Below are positions 15,001 to 29,172 of a stretch of DNA of 64,000 nucleotides, one piece after another. Numbering within the stretch: position 1 is the first letter of the stretch; every line of letters starts with the position of its first letter. Made by a program: the position numbers and the translations under genes. Source of the DNA: Eledone cirrhosa (Eukaryota); assembly GCA_964016885.1 (NCBI GenBank), contig OZ024760.1, positions 29,884,001-29,948,000 on the forward strand, in the 5' to 3' direction. Under the pieces are notes generated by a model. The model saw only the letters and a list, made by a program, of their open reading frames with translations. It did not search any database and had not been told where the DNA came from.

Positions 15001-18000
15001 GTAATGTAATGTAATGTAATGTAATGTAATGTAATGTAATGTAATGTAATGTGTAATGTAATGTAATGTAATGTAATGTAATGTAATGTAATGTGTAATG
15101 TAATTTAATGTAATGTAATGTAATGTAATGTAATGTAATGTAATGTAATGTAATGTAATGTGTAATGTAATGTAATGTAATGTAATGTAATGTAATGTGT
15201 AATGTAATGTAATGTAATGTAATGTAATGTAATGTGTAATGTAACGTAATATAATGTAATGTAATGTAATGTAATGTAATGTAATGTAATGTAATGTGTA
15301 ATGTAATTTAATGTAATGTAATGTAATGTAATGTAATGTAATGTAATGTGTAATGTAATGTGTAATGTAATGTAATGTAATGTAATATATGTAATGTAAT
15401 GTAATGCAACGTAATGTAATGTGTAATGTAATGTAATGTAATGTGTAATGTAATGTAATGTAATGTAATGTAATCTGTAATGTAATGTAATCTAATGTGT
15501 AATGTAAAGTAATGTAATGTAATGTAATGTAATGTAATGTGTAATGTAATGTAATCTAATGTAGTGTGTAATGTAATGTAATGTTATGTAATGTGTAATG
15601 TGTAATGTAATGTAATGTAATGTAATGTGTAATGTAATGTAATGTAATGTAATGTAATGTAATGTAATGTAATGTAATGTAATGTAATGTAATGTGTAAT
15701 GTAATGTAATGTAATGTAATGTGTAATGTAGTGTAATGTAATGTAATGTAATGTAATGTAATGTAATGTGTAATGTAATGTGTAATGTAACGTAATGTAA
15801 TGTAATATATGTAATGTAATGTAATGCAACGTAATGTAATGTGTAATGTAATGTAATGTAATGTGTAATGTAATGTAATGTAATGTAATGTAATGTAATC
15901 TGTAATGTAATGTAATCTAATGTGTAATGTAAATTAATGTAATGTAATGTAATGTAATCTAATGTAGTGTGTAATGTAATGTAATGTTATGTAATGTGTA
16001 ATGTAATGTAATGTAATGTAACGTAATGTGTAATGTAATGTAATGTAATGTAATGTAATGTAATGTAATGTAATGTAATGTAATGTAATGTGTAATGTAA
16101 TGTAATGTAATGTAATGTGTAATGTAGTGTAATGTAATGTAATGTAATGTAATGTAATGTAATGTAATGTGTAATGTAATGTGTAATGTAACGTAATGTA
16201 ATGTAATATATGTAATGTAATGTAATGCAACGTAATGTAATGTGTAATGTAATGTAATGTAATGTGTAATGTAATGTAATGTAATGAAATGTAATGTAAT
16301 CTGTAATGTAATGTAATCTAATGTGTAATGTAAAGTAATGTAATATAATGTAATGTAATGTGTAATGTAATGTAATCTAATGTAGTGTGTAATGTAATGT
16401 AATGTTATGTAATGTGTAATGTAATGTAATGTAATGTGTAATATAATGTAATGTAATGTAATATGTAATGTAATGTAATGTAATGTAATGTAATGTAATG
16501 TGTAATGTAATGTAATGTAATGTAATGTGTAAAGTAATGTAATGGAAAGTGTAACGTAATGTAATGTAATGTAATGTCATGTAATGTGTAATGTAGTGTA
16601 ATGTAATGTAATGTAATGTAATGTAATGTGTAATGTATTGTAATGTAACGTAATGTAATGTGTAATGTAATGTAATGTAATGTGTAATGCAATGTAATGT
16701 AATGTGTAATGTAATGTAATGTAATGTAATGTGTAATGTGTAATGTAATATAATGTAATATAATGTAATGTAATGTAATGTAACGTGTAATATAATGTAA
16801 TGTAATGTAATGTAATGTAATGTAATGTAATGTAATGTAATGTAATGTAATGTAATGTGTAATGTGTAATGTAATGTAATGTAATGTGTAATGTAATGTA
16901 ATGTAATGTGTAATGTAATGTAGTGTGTAATGTAATGTAATGTAATGTCATGTAATGTGTAATGTAATGTAATGTAATGTAGTGTGTAATGTAATGTAAT
17001 GTAATGTAATGTGTAATGTAATGTAATGTAATGTAATGTAATGTGTAATGTAATGTAACGTAATGTAATGTAATGTGTAATGTAATGTAATGTAATGTAA
17101 TGTAATGTAATGTGTAATGTAATGTAATGTGTAATGTAATGTAATGTAATATAATGTAATGTAATGTAATGAAATGTAATGTGTAATGAAATGTAATGTA
17201 ATGTAATGTAATGTAATGTAATGTGTAATGTAATGTAATGTAATGTAGTGTGTAATGTAATGTAATGTAATGTAATGTGTAATTTAATGTAATGTAATGT
17301 AATGTGTAATGTAATGTAATGTAATGTAATGTAATGTGTAATGTAATGTAATGTAATGTAATTTAATGTAATGTAATGTAATGTGTAATGTAATGTAATG
17401 TAATGTGTAATGTAATGTAATGTAATTTGTAATGTACTGTAATCTAATGTAATGTAATGTAATGTAATGTAATGTGTAATGTAATGTAATGTAATGTAAT
17501 GGAATGTGTAATGTAATGTAATGTAATGTAATGTGTAATGTAATGTAATGTAATGTAATGTAATGTAATGTAATGTAATGTAATGTAATGTAATGTGTAA
17601 TGTAATGTAATGTAATGTAATGTAATGTAATGTGTAATGTAATTTAATGTAATGTAATGTAATGTAATGTAATGTAATGTAATGTAATGTAATGTGTAAT
17701 GTAATGTAATGTAATGTAATGTGTAATGTAATGTAATGTAATGTAATGTAATGTAATGTAATGTAATGTGTAATGTAACGTCATATAATGTAATGTAATG
17801 TAATGTAATGTAATGTAATGTAATGTGTAATGTAATTTAATGTAATGTAATGTAATGTAATGTAATGTAATGTAATGTGTAATGTAATGTGTAATGTAAT
17901 GTAATGTAATGTAATGTAATATATGTAATGTAATGTAATGCAACGTAATGTAATGTGTAATGTAATGTAATGTAATGTGTAATGTAATGTAATGTAATGT

Positions 18001-21000
18001 AATGTAATGTAATCTGTAATGTAATGTAATCTAATGTGTAATGTAAAGTAATGTAATGTAATGTAATGTAATGTAATGTGTAATGTAATGTAATCTAATG
18101 TAGTGTGTAATGTAATGTAATGTTATGTAATGTGTAATGTAATGTAATGTAATGTTTAATGTAATGTAATGTAATGTAATGTGTAATGTAATGTAATGTA
18201 ATGTAATGTAATGTGTAATGTAATGTAATGTAATGTAATATAATGTGTAATGTAACGTAATGTAATGTAATGTAATGTAATGTAATGTAATGTAACGTGT
18301 AATGTAATGTAAGATAATGTGTAATGTAATGTAATGTGTAATGTAATGTAATGTAATGTAATATGTAATGTAATGTAATGTAATGTAATGTGTAATGTAA
18401 TGTAATGTAATGTAATGTAATGTAATGTAATGTGTAATGTAATGTGTAATGTAATGTAATGTAATGTAATGTAATGTAATGTGTAATGTAATGTAATGTA
18501 ATGTAATGTAATGTAATGTGTAATGTAATGTAATGTAACGTGTAATGTAATGTAATGTAATGTGTAATGTAATGTAATGTAATCTAATGTAATGTAATGT
18601 GTAATGTAATGTAATGTAATGTAATATAATGTAATGTAATGTAATGTGTAATGTAATGTAATGTAATGTAGTGTGTAATGTAATGTAATGTAATGTAATG
18701 TACTGTAATGTGTAATGTAATGTAATGTGTAATGTAATGTAATGTAATATAATGTAATGTAATGTGTAATGTAATGTAATGTAATGTAATGTGTAATGTA
18801 ATGTAATGTAATGTGTAATGTAATGTAATGTAATATAATGTAATATAACGTAATGTAATGTAATGTAATGTAATGTAATGTAATGTAATATAATATAATA
18901 CGTAATGTAATATAATATAATGCGTAATGTAATGTAATGTAATGTGTAATGTAATATAATGTAATGTAATGTAATGTAACGTAATTTAATGTAATGTAAT
19001 GTAATGTAATGTAATTTGTAATGTAATGTAATGTAATGTGTAAAGTAATGTAATGGAAAGTGTAATGTAATGTAATGTAATGTAATGTCATGTAATGTGT
19101 AATGTAGTGTAATGTAATGTAATGTAATGTAATGTAATGTAATGTAATGTGTAATGTAATGTAATGTAACGTAATGTAATGTGTAATGTAATGTAATGTG
19201 TAATGTAATGTAATGTAATGTGTAATGTAATGTAATGTAATGTAATGTGTAATGTAATGTAATGTGTAATGTAATGTAAGGTAATATAATGTAATGTAAT
19301 GTAATGTAACGTGTAATATAATGTAATGTAATGTAATGTAATGTAATGTAATGTAATGTGTAATGTGTAATGTGTAATGTAATGTAAATGTGTAATGTAA
19401 TGTAATGTAATGTGTAATGTAATGTAGTGTGTAATGTAATGTAATGTAATGTAATGTAATGGAATGTAATGTAACGTGTAATGTAATGTAATGTAATGTA
19501 GTGTGTAATGTAATGTAATGTAATGTAATGTGTAATGTAATGTAATGTAATGTAATGTGTAATGTAATGTAATGTGTAATGTAATGTAATGTAATGTAAT
19601 GTAATGTGTAATGTAATGTAATGTAATGTAATATATGTAATGTAATGTAATGCAATGTAATGTAATGTGTAATGTAATGTAATGTAATGTGTAATGTAAT
19701 GTAATGTAATGTAATGTAATGTAATGTGTAATGTAATGTAATCTAATGTGTAATGTAAAGTAATGTAATGTAATGTAATGTAATGTAATGTAATGTGTAA
19801 TGTAATGTAATCTAATGTAGTGTGTAATGTAATGTAATGTTATGTAATGCGTAATGTAATGTAATGTGTAATGTAATGTAATGTAATGTAATGTAATGTA
19901 ATGTGTAATGTGATGTAATGTAATGTAATGTAATGTAATTTAATGTGTAATGTAATGTAATGTGTAATATAATGTAATGTAATGTAATGTAATGTAATGT
20001 GTAATGTAATGTAATGTAATGTAATGTAACGTGTAATGTAATGTAATGTAATGTGTAATGTAATGTAATGTAATGTAATATGTAATGTAATGTAATGTAA
20101 TGTAATGTAATGTAATGTAATGTGTAATGTAATGTAATGTAATGTAATGTAATGTGTAATGTAATGTGAAAGGTAATGTAATGTAATGTAATGTGTAATG
20201 TAATGTAATGTAATGTAATGTAATGTAATGTAATGTAATGTGTAATGTAATGTAATGTAATGTAATGTGTAATGTAATGTAATGTAATGTAATGTAATGT
20301 GTAATGTAATGTAATGTGTAATGTAATGTAATGTAATGTAATGTGTAATGTAATGTAATGTAATATAATGTGTAATGTAATGTAATGTAACGTGTAATGT
20401 AATGTAATGTGTAATGTAATGTAATGTAATGTAATGTAATGTGTAATGTAATGTAATGTAATGTAATATAATGTAATGTAATGTAATGTAATGTGTAATG
20501 TAATGTAATGTAATGTAATATAATGTAATGTAATGTAATGTAATGTAATATAATGTAATGTAATGTAATGTGTAATGTAATGTAATGTAATGTAGTGTGT
20601 AATGTAATGTAATGTAATGTAATGTGTAATGTAATGTAATGTAATGTAATGTGTAATGTAATGTAATGTGTAATGTAATGTAATGTAATGTGTAATGTAA
20701 TGTAATGTAATGTGTAATGTAATGTAATGTGTAATGTAATGTAATGTGATGTAATATATGTAATGTAATGTAATGCAACGTAATGTAATGTGTAATGTAA
20801 TGTAATGTAATGTGTAATGTAATGTAATGTAATGTAATGTAATGTAATGTAATCTGTAATGTAATGTAATCTAATGTGTAATGTAAAGTAATGTAATGTA
20901 ATGTAATGTAATGTGTAATGTAATGTAATCAAATGTAGTGTGTAATGTAATGTAATGTTATGTAATGTGTAATGTAATGTAATGTAATGTGTAATATAAT

Positions 21001-24000
21001 GTAATGTAATGTAATATGTAATGTAATGTAATGTAATGTAATGTAATGTAATGTAATGTAATGTGTAATGTAATGTAATGTAATGTAATGTAATGTAATG
21101 TGTAATGTAATGTGTAACGTAATGTAATGTAATGTATTGTAATGTAATGTAATGTAATGTAATGTAATGTAATGTAATGTGTAATGTAATGTAATGTAAT
21201 GTAATGTAATGTAATGTAATGTAATGTAATGTAATGTGTAATGTAATGTAATGTGTAATGTAATGTAATGTAATGTAATGTAATGTGTAATGTAATGTAA
21301 TTTAACGTGTAATGTAATGTAATGTAATGTAATGTGTAATGTAATGTAATGTAATGTAATGTGTAATGTAATGTAATGTAATGTAATATAATGTAATGTA
21401 ATGTAATGTGTAATGTAATGTAATGTAATGTAGTGTGTAATGTAATGTAATGTAATGTAATGTAATGTAATGTACTGTAATGTGTAATGTGTAATGTAAT
21501 GTAATGTAATGTGTAATGTAATGTAATGTAATATAATGTAATGTAATGTGTAATGTAATGTAATGTAATGTAATGTGTAATGTAATGTAATGTAATGTAG
21601 TGTGTAATGTAATGTAATGTAATATAATGTAATGTAACGTAATGTAATGTAATGTAATGTAATGTAATGTAATGTAATATAATATAATGCGTAATGTAAT
21701 ATAATATAATGCGTAATGTAATGTAATGTAATGTGTAATGTAATGTAATGTAATGTAATGTAACGTAATTTAATGTAATGTAATGCAATGTAATGTAATT
21801 TGTAATGTAATGTAATGTAATGTGTAAAGTAATGTAATGGAAAGTGTAACGTAATGTAATGTAATGTAATGTCATGTAATGTGTAATGTAGTGTAATGTA
21901 ATGTAATGTAATGTAATGTAATGTGTAATGTATTGTAATGTAACGTAATGTAATGTGTAATGTAATGTAATGTGTAATGTAATGTAATGTAATGTGTAAT
22001 GTAATGTAATGTAATGTAATGTGTAATGTGTAATGTAATGTAACGTAATATAATGTAATGTAATGTAATGTAACGTGTAATATAATGTAATGTAATGTAA
22101 TGTAATGTAATGTAATGTAATGTAATGTAATGTAATGTGTAATGTGTAATGTAATGTAATGTAATGTGTAATGTAATGTAATGTAATGTGTAATGTAATG
22201 TAGTGTGTAATGTAATGTAATGTAATGTAATGTCATGTAATGTGTAATGTAATGTAATGTAATGTGTAATGTAATGTAATGTAATTTGTAATGTACTGTA
22301 ATCTAGTGTAATGTAATGTAATGTAATGTAATGTAATGTGTAACGTAATGTAATGTAATGTAATGGAATGTGTAATGTAATGTAATGTAATGTAATGTGT
22401 AATGTAATGTAATGTAATGTAATGTAATGTAATGTAATGTAATGTAATGTAATGTGTAATGTAATGTAATGTAATGTAATGTAATGTAATGTGTAATGTA
22501 ATGTAATGTAATGTAATGTAATGTAATGTAATGTAATGTGTAATGTAACGTAATATAATGTAATGTAATGTAATGTAATGTAATGTAATGTAATGTGTAA
22601 TGTAATTTAATGTAATGTAATGTAATGTAATGTAATGTAATGTAATGTAATGTGTAATGTAATGTAATGTAATGTAATGTAATGTAATGTAATGTGTAAT
22701 GTAATGTGTAATGTAATGTAATGTAATGTAATATATGTAATGTAATGTAATGCAACGTAATGTAATGTGTAATGTAATGTAATGTAATGTGTAATGTAAT
22801 GTAATGTAATGTAATGTAATGTAATCTGTAATGTAATGTAATCTAATGTGTAATGTAAAGTAATGTAATGTAATGTAATGTAATGTAATGTGTAATGTAA
22901 TGTAATCTAATGTAGTGTGTAATGTAATGTAATGTTATGTAATGTGTAATGTAATGTAATGTAATGTTTAATGTAATGTAATGTAATGTAATGTGTAATG
23001 TAATGTAATGTAATGTAATGTAATGTGTAATGTAATGTAATGTAATGTAATTTAATGTGTAATGTAATGTAATGTGTAATATAATGTAATGTAATGTAAC
23101 GTAATATAATGTGTAATGTAACGTAATGTAATGTAATGTAATGTAATGTAACGTGTAATGTAATGTAAGATAATGTGTAATGTAATGTAATGTGTAATGT
23201 AATGTAATGTAATGTAATATGTAATGTAATGTAATGTAATGTAATGTAATGTGTAATGTAATGTAATGTAATGTAATGTAATGTAATGTAATGTGTAATG
23301 TAATGTGTAATGTAATGTAATGTAATGTAATGTAATGTAATGTAATGTGTAATGTAATGTAATGTAATGTAATGTAATGTAATGTAATGTAATGTAATGT
23401 AATGTATGTGTAATGTAATGTAATGTGTAATGTAATGTAATGTAATGTAATGTAATGTAATGTAATGTGTAATGTAATGTAATGTAACGTGTAATATAAT
23501 GTAATGTAATGTGTAATGTAATGTAATGTAATCTAATGTAATGTAATGTGTAATGTAATGTAATGTAATGTAATATAATGTAATGTAATGTAATGTGTAA
23601 TGTAATGTAATGTAATGTAGTGTGTAATGTAATGTAATGTAATGTAATGTACTGTAATGTGTAATGTAATGTAATGTGTAATGTAATGTAATGTAATATA
23701 ATGTAATGTAATGTGTAATGTAATGTAATGTAATGTAATGTGTAATGTAATGTAATGTAATGTGTAATGTAATGTAATGTAATATAATGTAATATAACGT
23801 AATGTAATGTAATGTAATGTAATGTAATGTAATATAATATAATACGTAATGTAATATAATATAATGCGTAATGTAATGTAATGTAATGTGTAATGTAATA
23901 TAATGTAATGTAATGTAATGTAACGTAATTTAATGTAATGTAATGTAATGTAATGTGTAAAGTAATGTAATGGAAAGTGTAATGTAATGTAATGTAATGT

Positions 24001-27000
24001 AATGTCATGTAATGTGTAATGTAGTGTAATGTAATGTAATGTAATGTAATGTAATGTAATGTAATGTGTAATGTAATGTAATGTAACGTAATGTAATGTG
24101 TAATGTAATGTAATGTGTAATGTAATGTAATGTAATGTGTAATGTAATGTAATGTAATGTAATGTGTAATGTAATGTAATGTGTAATGTAATGTAAGGTA
24201 ATATAATGTAATGTAATGTAATGTAACGTGTAATATAATGTAATGTAATGTAATGTAATGTAATGTAATGTAATGTGTAATGTGTAATGTGTAATGTAAT
24301 GTAAATGTGTAATGTAATGTAATGTAATGTAGTGTGTAATGTAATGTAATGTAATGTAATGTAATGGAATGTAATGTAACGTGTAATGTAATGTAATGTA
24401 ATGTAGTGTGTAATGTAATGTAATGTAATGTAATGTGTAATGTAATGTAATGTAATGTAATGTAATGTGTAATGTAATGTAATGTGTAATGTAATGTAAT
24501 GTAATGTAATGTAATGTGTAATGTAATGTAATGTAATGTAATATATGTAATGTAATGTAATGCAATGTAATGTAATGTGTAATGTAATGTAATGTAATGT
24601 GTAATGTAATGTAATGTAATGTAATGTAATGTAATGTAATGTGTAATGTAATGTAATCTAATGTGTAATGTAAAGTAATGTAATGTAATGTAATGTAATG
24701 TAATGTAATGTGTAATGTAATGTAATCTAATGTAGTGTGTAATGTAATGTAATGTTATGTAATGCGTAATGTAATGTAATGTAATGTGTAATGTAATGTA
24801 ATGTAATGTAATGTAATGTAATGTGTAATGTGATGTAATGTAATGTAATGTAATGTAATTTAATGTGTAATGTAATGTAATGTGTAATATAATGTAATGT
24901 AATGTAATGTAATGTAATGTGTAATGTAATGTAATGTAATGTAATGTAACGTGTAATGTAATGTAATGTAATGTGTAATGTAATGTAATGTAATGTAATA
25001 TGTAATGTAATGTAATGTAATGTAATGTAATGTAATGTGTAATGTAATGTAATGTAATGTAATGTAATGTGTAATGTAATGTGAAAGGTAATGTAATGTA
25101 ATGTAATGTGTAATGTAATGTAATGTAATGTAATGTAATGTAATGTAATGTAATGTGTAATGTAATGTAATGTAATGTAATGTGTAATGTAATGTAATGT
25201 AATGTAATGTAATGTAATGTGTAATGTAATGTAATGTGTAATGTAATGTAATGTAATGTAATGTAATGTAATGTGTAATGTAATGTAATGTAATATAATG
25301 TGTAATGTAATGTAATGTAACGTGTAATGTAATGTAATGTGTAATGTAATGTAATGTAATGTAATGTAATGTGTAATGTAATGTAATGTAATGTAATATA
25401 ATGTAATGTAATGTAATGTAATGTGTAATGTAATGTAATGTAATGTAATATAATGTAATGTAATGTAATGTAATGTAATATAATGTAATGTAATGTAATG
25501 TGTAATGTAATGTAATGTAATGTAGTGTGTAATGTAATGTAATGTAATGTAATGTGTAATGTAATGTAATGTAATGTAATGTGTAATGTAATGTAATGTG
25601 TAATGTAATGTAATGTAATGTGTAATGTAATGTAATGTAATGTGTAATGTAATGTAATGTGTAATGTAATGTAATGTGATGTAATATATGTAATGTAATG
25701 TAATGCAACGTAATGTAATGTGTAATGTAATGTAATGTAATGTGTAATGTAATGTAATGTAATGTAATGTAATGTAATGTAATCTGTAATGTAATGTAAT
25801 CTAATGTGTAATGTAAAGTAATGTAATGTAATGTAATGTAATGTGTAATGTAATGTAATCAAATGTAGTGTGTAATGTAATGTAATGTTATGTAATGTGT
25901 AATGTAATGTAATGTAATCTGTAATATAATGTAATGTAATGTAATATGTAATGTAATGTAATGTAATGTAATGTAATGTAATGTGTAATGTAATGTAATG
26001 TAATGTAATGTAATGTAATGTAATGTGTAATGTAATGTGTAACGTAATGTAATGTAATGTATTGTAATGTAATGTAATGTAATGTAATGTAATGTAATGT
26101 AATGTAATGTGTAATGTAATGTAATGTAATGTAATGTAATGTAATGTAATGTAATGTAATGTAATGTGTAATGTAATGTAATGTGTAATGTAATGTAATG
26201 TAATGTAATGTAATGTGTAATGTAATGTAATTTAACGTGTAATGTAATGTAATGTAATGTAATGTGTAATGTAATGTAATGTAATGTAATGTGTAATGTA
26301 ATGTAATGTAATGTAATATAATGTAATGTAATGTAATGTGTAATGTAATGTAATGTAATGTAGTGTGTAATGTAATGTAATGTAATGTAATGTAATGTAA
26401 TGTACTGTAATGTGTAATGTAATGTAATGTAATGTGTAATGTAATGTAATGTAATATAATGTAATGTAATGTGTAATGTAATGTAATGTAATGTAATGTG
26501 TAATGTAATGTAATGTAATGTAGTGTGTAATGTAATGTAATGTAATATAATGTAATGTAACGTAATGTAATGTAATGTAATGTAATGTAATGTAATGTAA
26601 TGTAATATAATATAATGCGTAATGTAATATAATATAATGCGTAATGTAATGTAATGTAATGTGTAATGTAATGTAATGTAATGTAATGTAACGTAATTTA
26701 ATGTAATGTAATGCAATGTAATGTAATTTGTAATGTAATGTAATGTAATGTGTAAAGTAATGTAATGGAAAGTGTAACGTAATGTAATGTAATGTAATGT
26801 CATGTAATGTGTAATGTAGTGTAATGTAATGTAATGTAATGTAATGTAATGTGTAATGTATTGTAATGTAAAGTAATGTAATGTGTAATGTAATGTAATG
26901 TGTAATGTAATGTAATGTAATGTGTAATGTAATGTAATGTAATGTAATGTGTAATGTGTAATGTAATGTAATGTAATATAATGTAATGTAATGTAATGTA

Positions 27001-28985
27001 ACGTGTAATATAATGTAATGTAATGTAATGTAATGTAATGTAATGTAATGTAATGTAATGTAATGTGTAATGTGTAATGTAATGTAATGTAATGTGTAAT
27101 GTAATGTAATGTAATGTGTAATGTAATGTAGTGTGTAATGTAATGTAATGTAATGTAATGTCATGTAATGTGTAATGTAATGTAATGTAATGTGTAATGT
27201 AATGTAATGTAATTTGTAATGTACTGTAATCTAATGTAATGTAATGTAATGTAATGTAATGTAATGTGTAACGTAATGTAATGTAATGTAATGGAATGTG
27301 TAATGTAATGTAATGTAATGTAATGTGTAATGTAATGTAATGTAATGTAATGTAATGTAATGTAATGTAATGTAATGTAATGTAATGTGTAATGTAATGT
27401 AATGTAATGTAATGTAATGTAATGTAATGTGTAATGTAATTTAATGTAATGTAATGTAATGTAATGTAATGTAATGTAATGTAATGTGTAATGTAATGTA
27501 ATGTAATGTAATGTAATGAAATGTGTAATGTAATGTAATGTAATGTAATGTAATGTAATGTAATGTAATGTGTAATGTAACGTAATATAATGTAATGTAA
27601 TGTAATGTAATGTAATGTAATGTAATGTAATGTGTAATGTAATTTAATGTAATGTAATGTAATGTAATGTAATGTAATGTAATGTAATGTGTAATGTAAT
27701 GTAATGTAATGTAATGTAATGTGTAATGTAATGTGAAAGGTAATGTAATGTAATGTAATGTAATGTAATGTAATGTAATGTAATGTAATGTAATGTAATG
27801 TGTAATGTAATGTAATGTAATGTAATGTGTAATGTAATGTAATGTAATGTAATGTAATGTGTAATGTAATGTGTAATGTAATGTAATGTAATGTAATGTA
27901 ATGTAATGTGTAATGTAATGTAATGTGTAATGTAATGTAATGTAATGTAATGTAATGTAATGTAATATAATGTGTAATGTAATGTAATGTAACGTGTAAT
28001 GTAATGTAATGTGTAATGTAATGTAATGTAATGTAATGTAATGTGTAATGTAATGTAATGTAATGTAATATAATGTAATGTAATGTAATGTAATGTAATA
28101 TAATGTAATGTAATGTAATGTAATGTAATATAATGTAATGTAATGTAATGTGTAATGTAATGTAATGTAATGTAGTGTGTAATGTAATGTAATGTAATGT
28201 AATGTAATGTGTAATGTAATGTAATGTAATGTAATGTAATGTGTAATGTAATGTAATGTGTAATGTAATGTAATGTAATGTGTAATGTATTGTAATGTAA
28301 TGTAATGTGTAATGTAATGTAATGTGTAATGTAATGTAATGTAATATAATGTAATGTAATGTAATGTAACGTGTAATATAATGTAATGTAATGTAATGTA
28401 ATGTAATGTAATGTGTAATGTGTAATGTAATGTGTAATGTAATGTAATGTAATGTGTAATGTAATGTAGTGTGTAATGTAATGTAATGTGTAATGTAATG
28501 TAATGTAATGTAGTGTGTAATGTAATGTAATGTAATGTGTAATGTAATGTAATGTAATGTGTAATGTAATGTAACGTAATGTGTAATGTAATGTGTAATG
28601 TAATGTAATGTAATGTAATGTGTAATGTAATGTGTAATGTAATGTAATGTAATATAATGTAACGTAATGTAATGTAATGTAATGTGTAATGAAATGTAAT
28701 GTAACGTTATGTAATGTAATGTAATGTGTAATGTAATGTAGTGTGTAATGTAATGTAATGTAATGTAATGTGTAATGTAATGTAATGTAATGTAATGTGT
28801 AATGTAATGTAATGTAATGTAATGTGTAATGTAATGTAATGTAATGTGTAATGTAATGTAATGTAATTTGTAATGTACTGTAATCTAATGTAATGTAATG
28901 TAATGTAAGGTGTAATGTAATGTAATGTAATGTGTAATGTAATGTAATGTAATGTAATGTTTAATGTAATGTAATGTAATGTAAT
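1..28985. repeat. (GTAAT)n/(ATTAC)n pentanucleotide satellite, left domain with kb-scale higher-order structure
   Basis: Continuous GTAAT units with frequent GT insertions and recurring point variants (GTAAC, ATAAT, GTAGT, CTAAT, GTAAA, GGAAA, GTCAT); no complex sequence; the array extends past the window start. Confidence 0.98.
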
Positions 28986-29172
28986 TGTTTCTAATTTAGG
29001 CACAATGGCAGCAATTACCCTGTACATTACTGGTACTTTATTTTATCGACCCCGTAAGGAAGAAAAGAAAAGTCAACCTCGGTGGGATTTGAACTCAGAT
29101 CGTAAAGGGACGTTACTATGCTGGAAAGCATGGCGTCCGACCCTCTACCGATACTGCCAAACCACCGCCGTT
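28986..29172 (-). mobile_element. tRNA-derived SINE-like element, copy 1 (187 bp)
   Basis: The minus strand begins AACGGCGGTGGTTTGGCAGTATCGG (A box-like), contains GAGTTCAAATCCC (B box-like), continues through a body containing CCTTACGGGGTCGATAAAATAAAGTACC and ends TGTGCCTAAATTAGAAACA abutting (ATTAC)n. Three homologous copies lie downstream. Resemblance to octopus SINEs is from memory only. Confidence 0.85.
29084..29159 (-). promoter_or_regulatory. Internal type 2 RNA polymerase III promoter (A box 29148-29159, B box 29084-29096)
   Basis: A box TGGCAGTATCGG resembles the tRNA consensus TRGCNNARYNGG; B box GTTCAAATC matches GWTCRANNC; correct order with a 51-nt spacer. Confidence 0.75.

Noticed and set aside
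29075-29172. Functional tRNA gene
   Set aside because: A and B boxes are present, but I could not build a canonical acceptor stem or a 7-nt anticodon loop, and the head continues into a conserved non-tRNA body as in SINEs. tRNAscan-SE would settle it.
28986-29172. Self-cleaving ribozyme in the insert
   Set aside because: No hammerhead core (CUGANGA...GAAA) was seen on either strand, and I could not build an HDV-like pseudoknot by eye. An Infernal/Rfam search is needed to exclude it fully.
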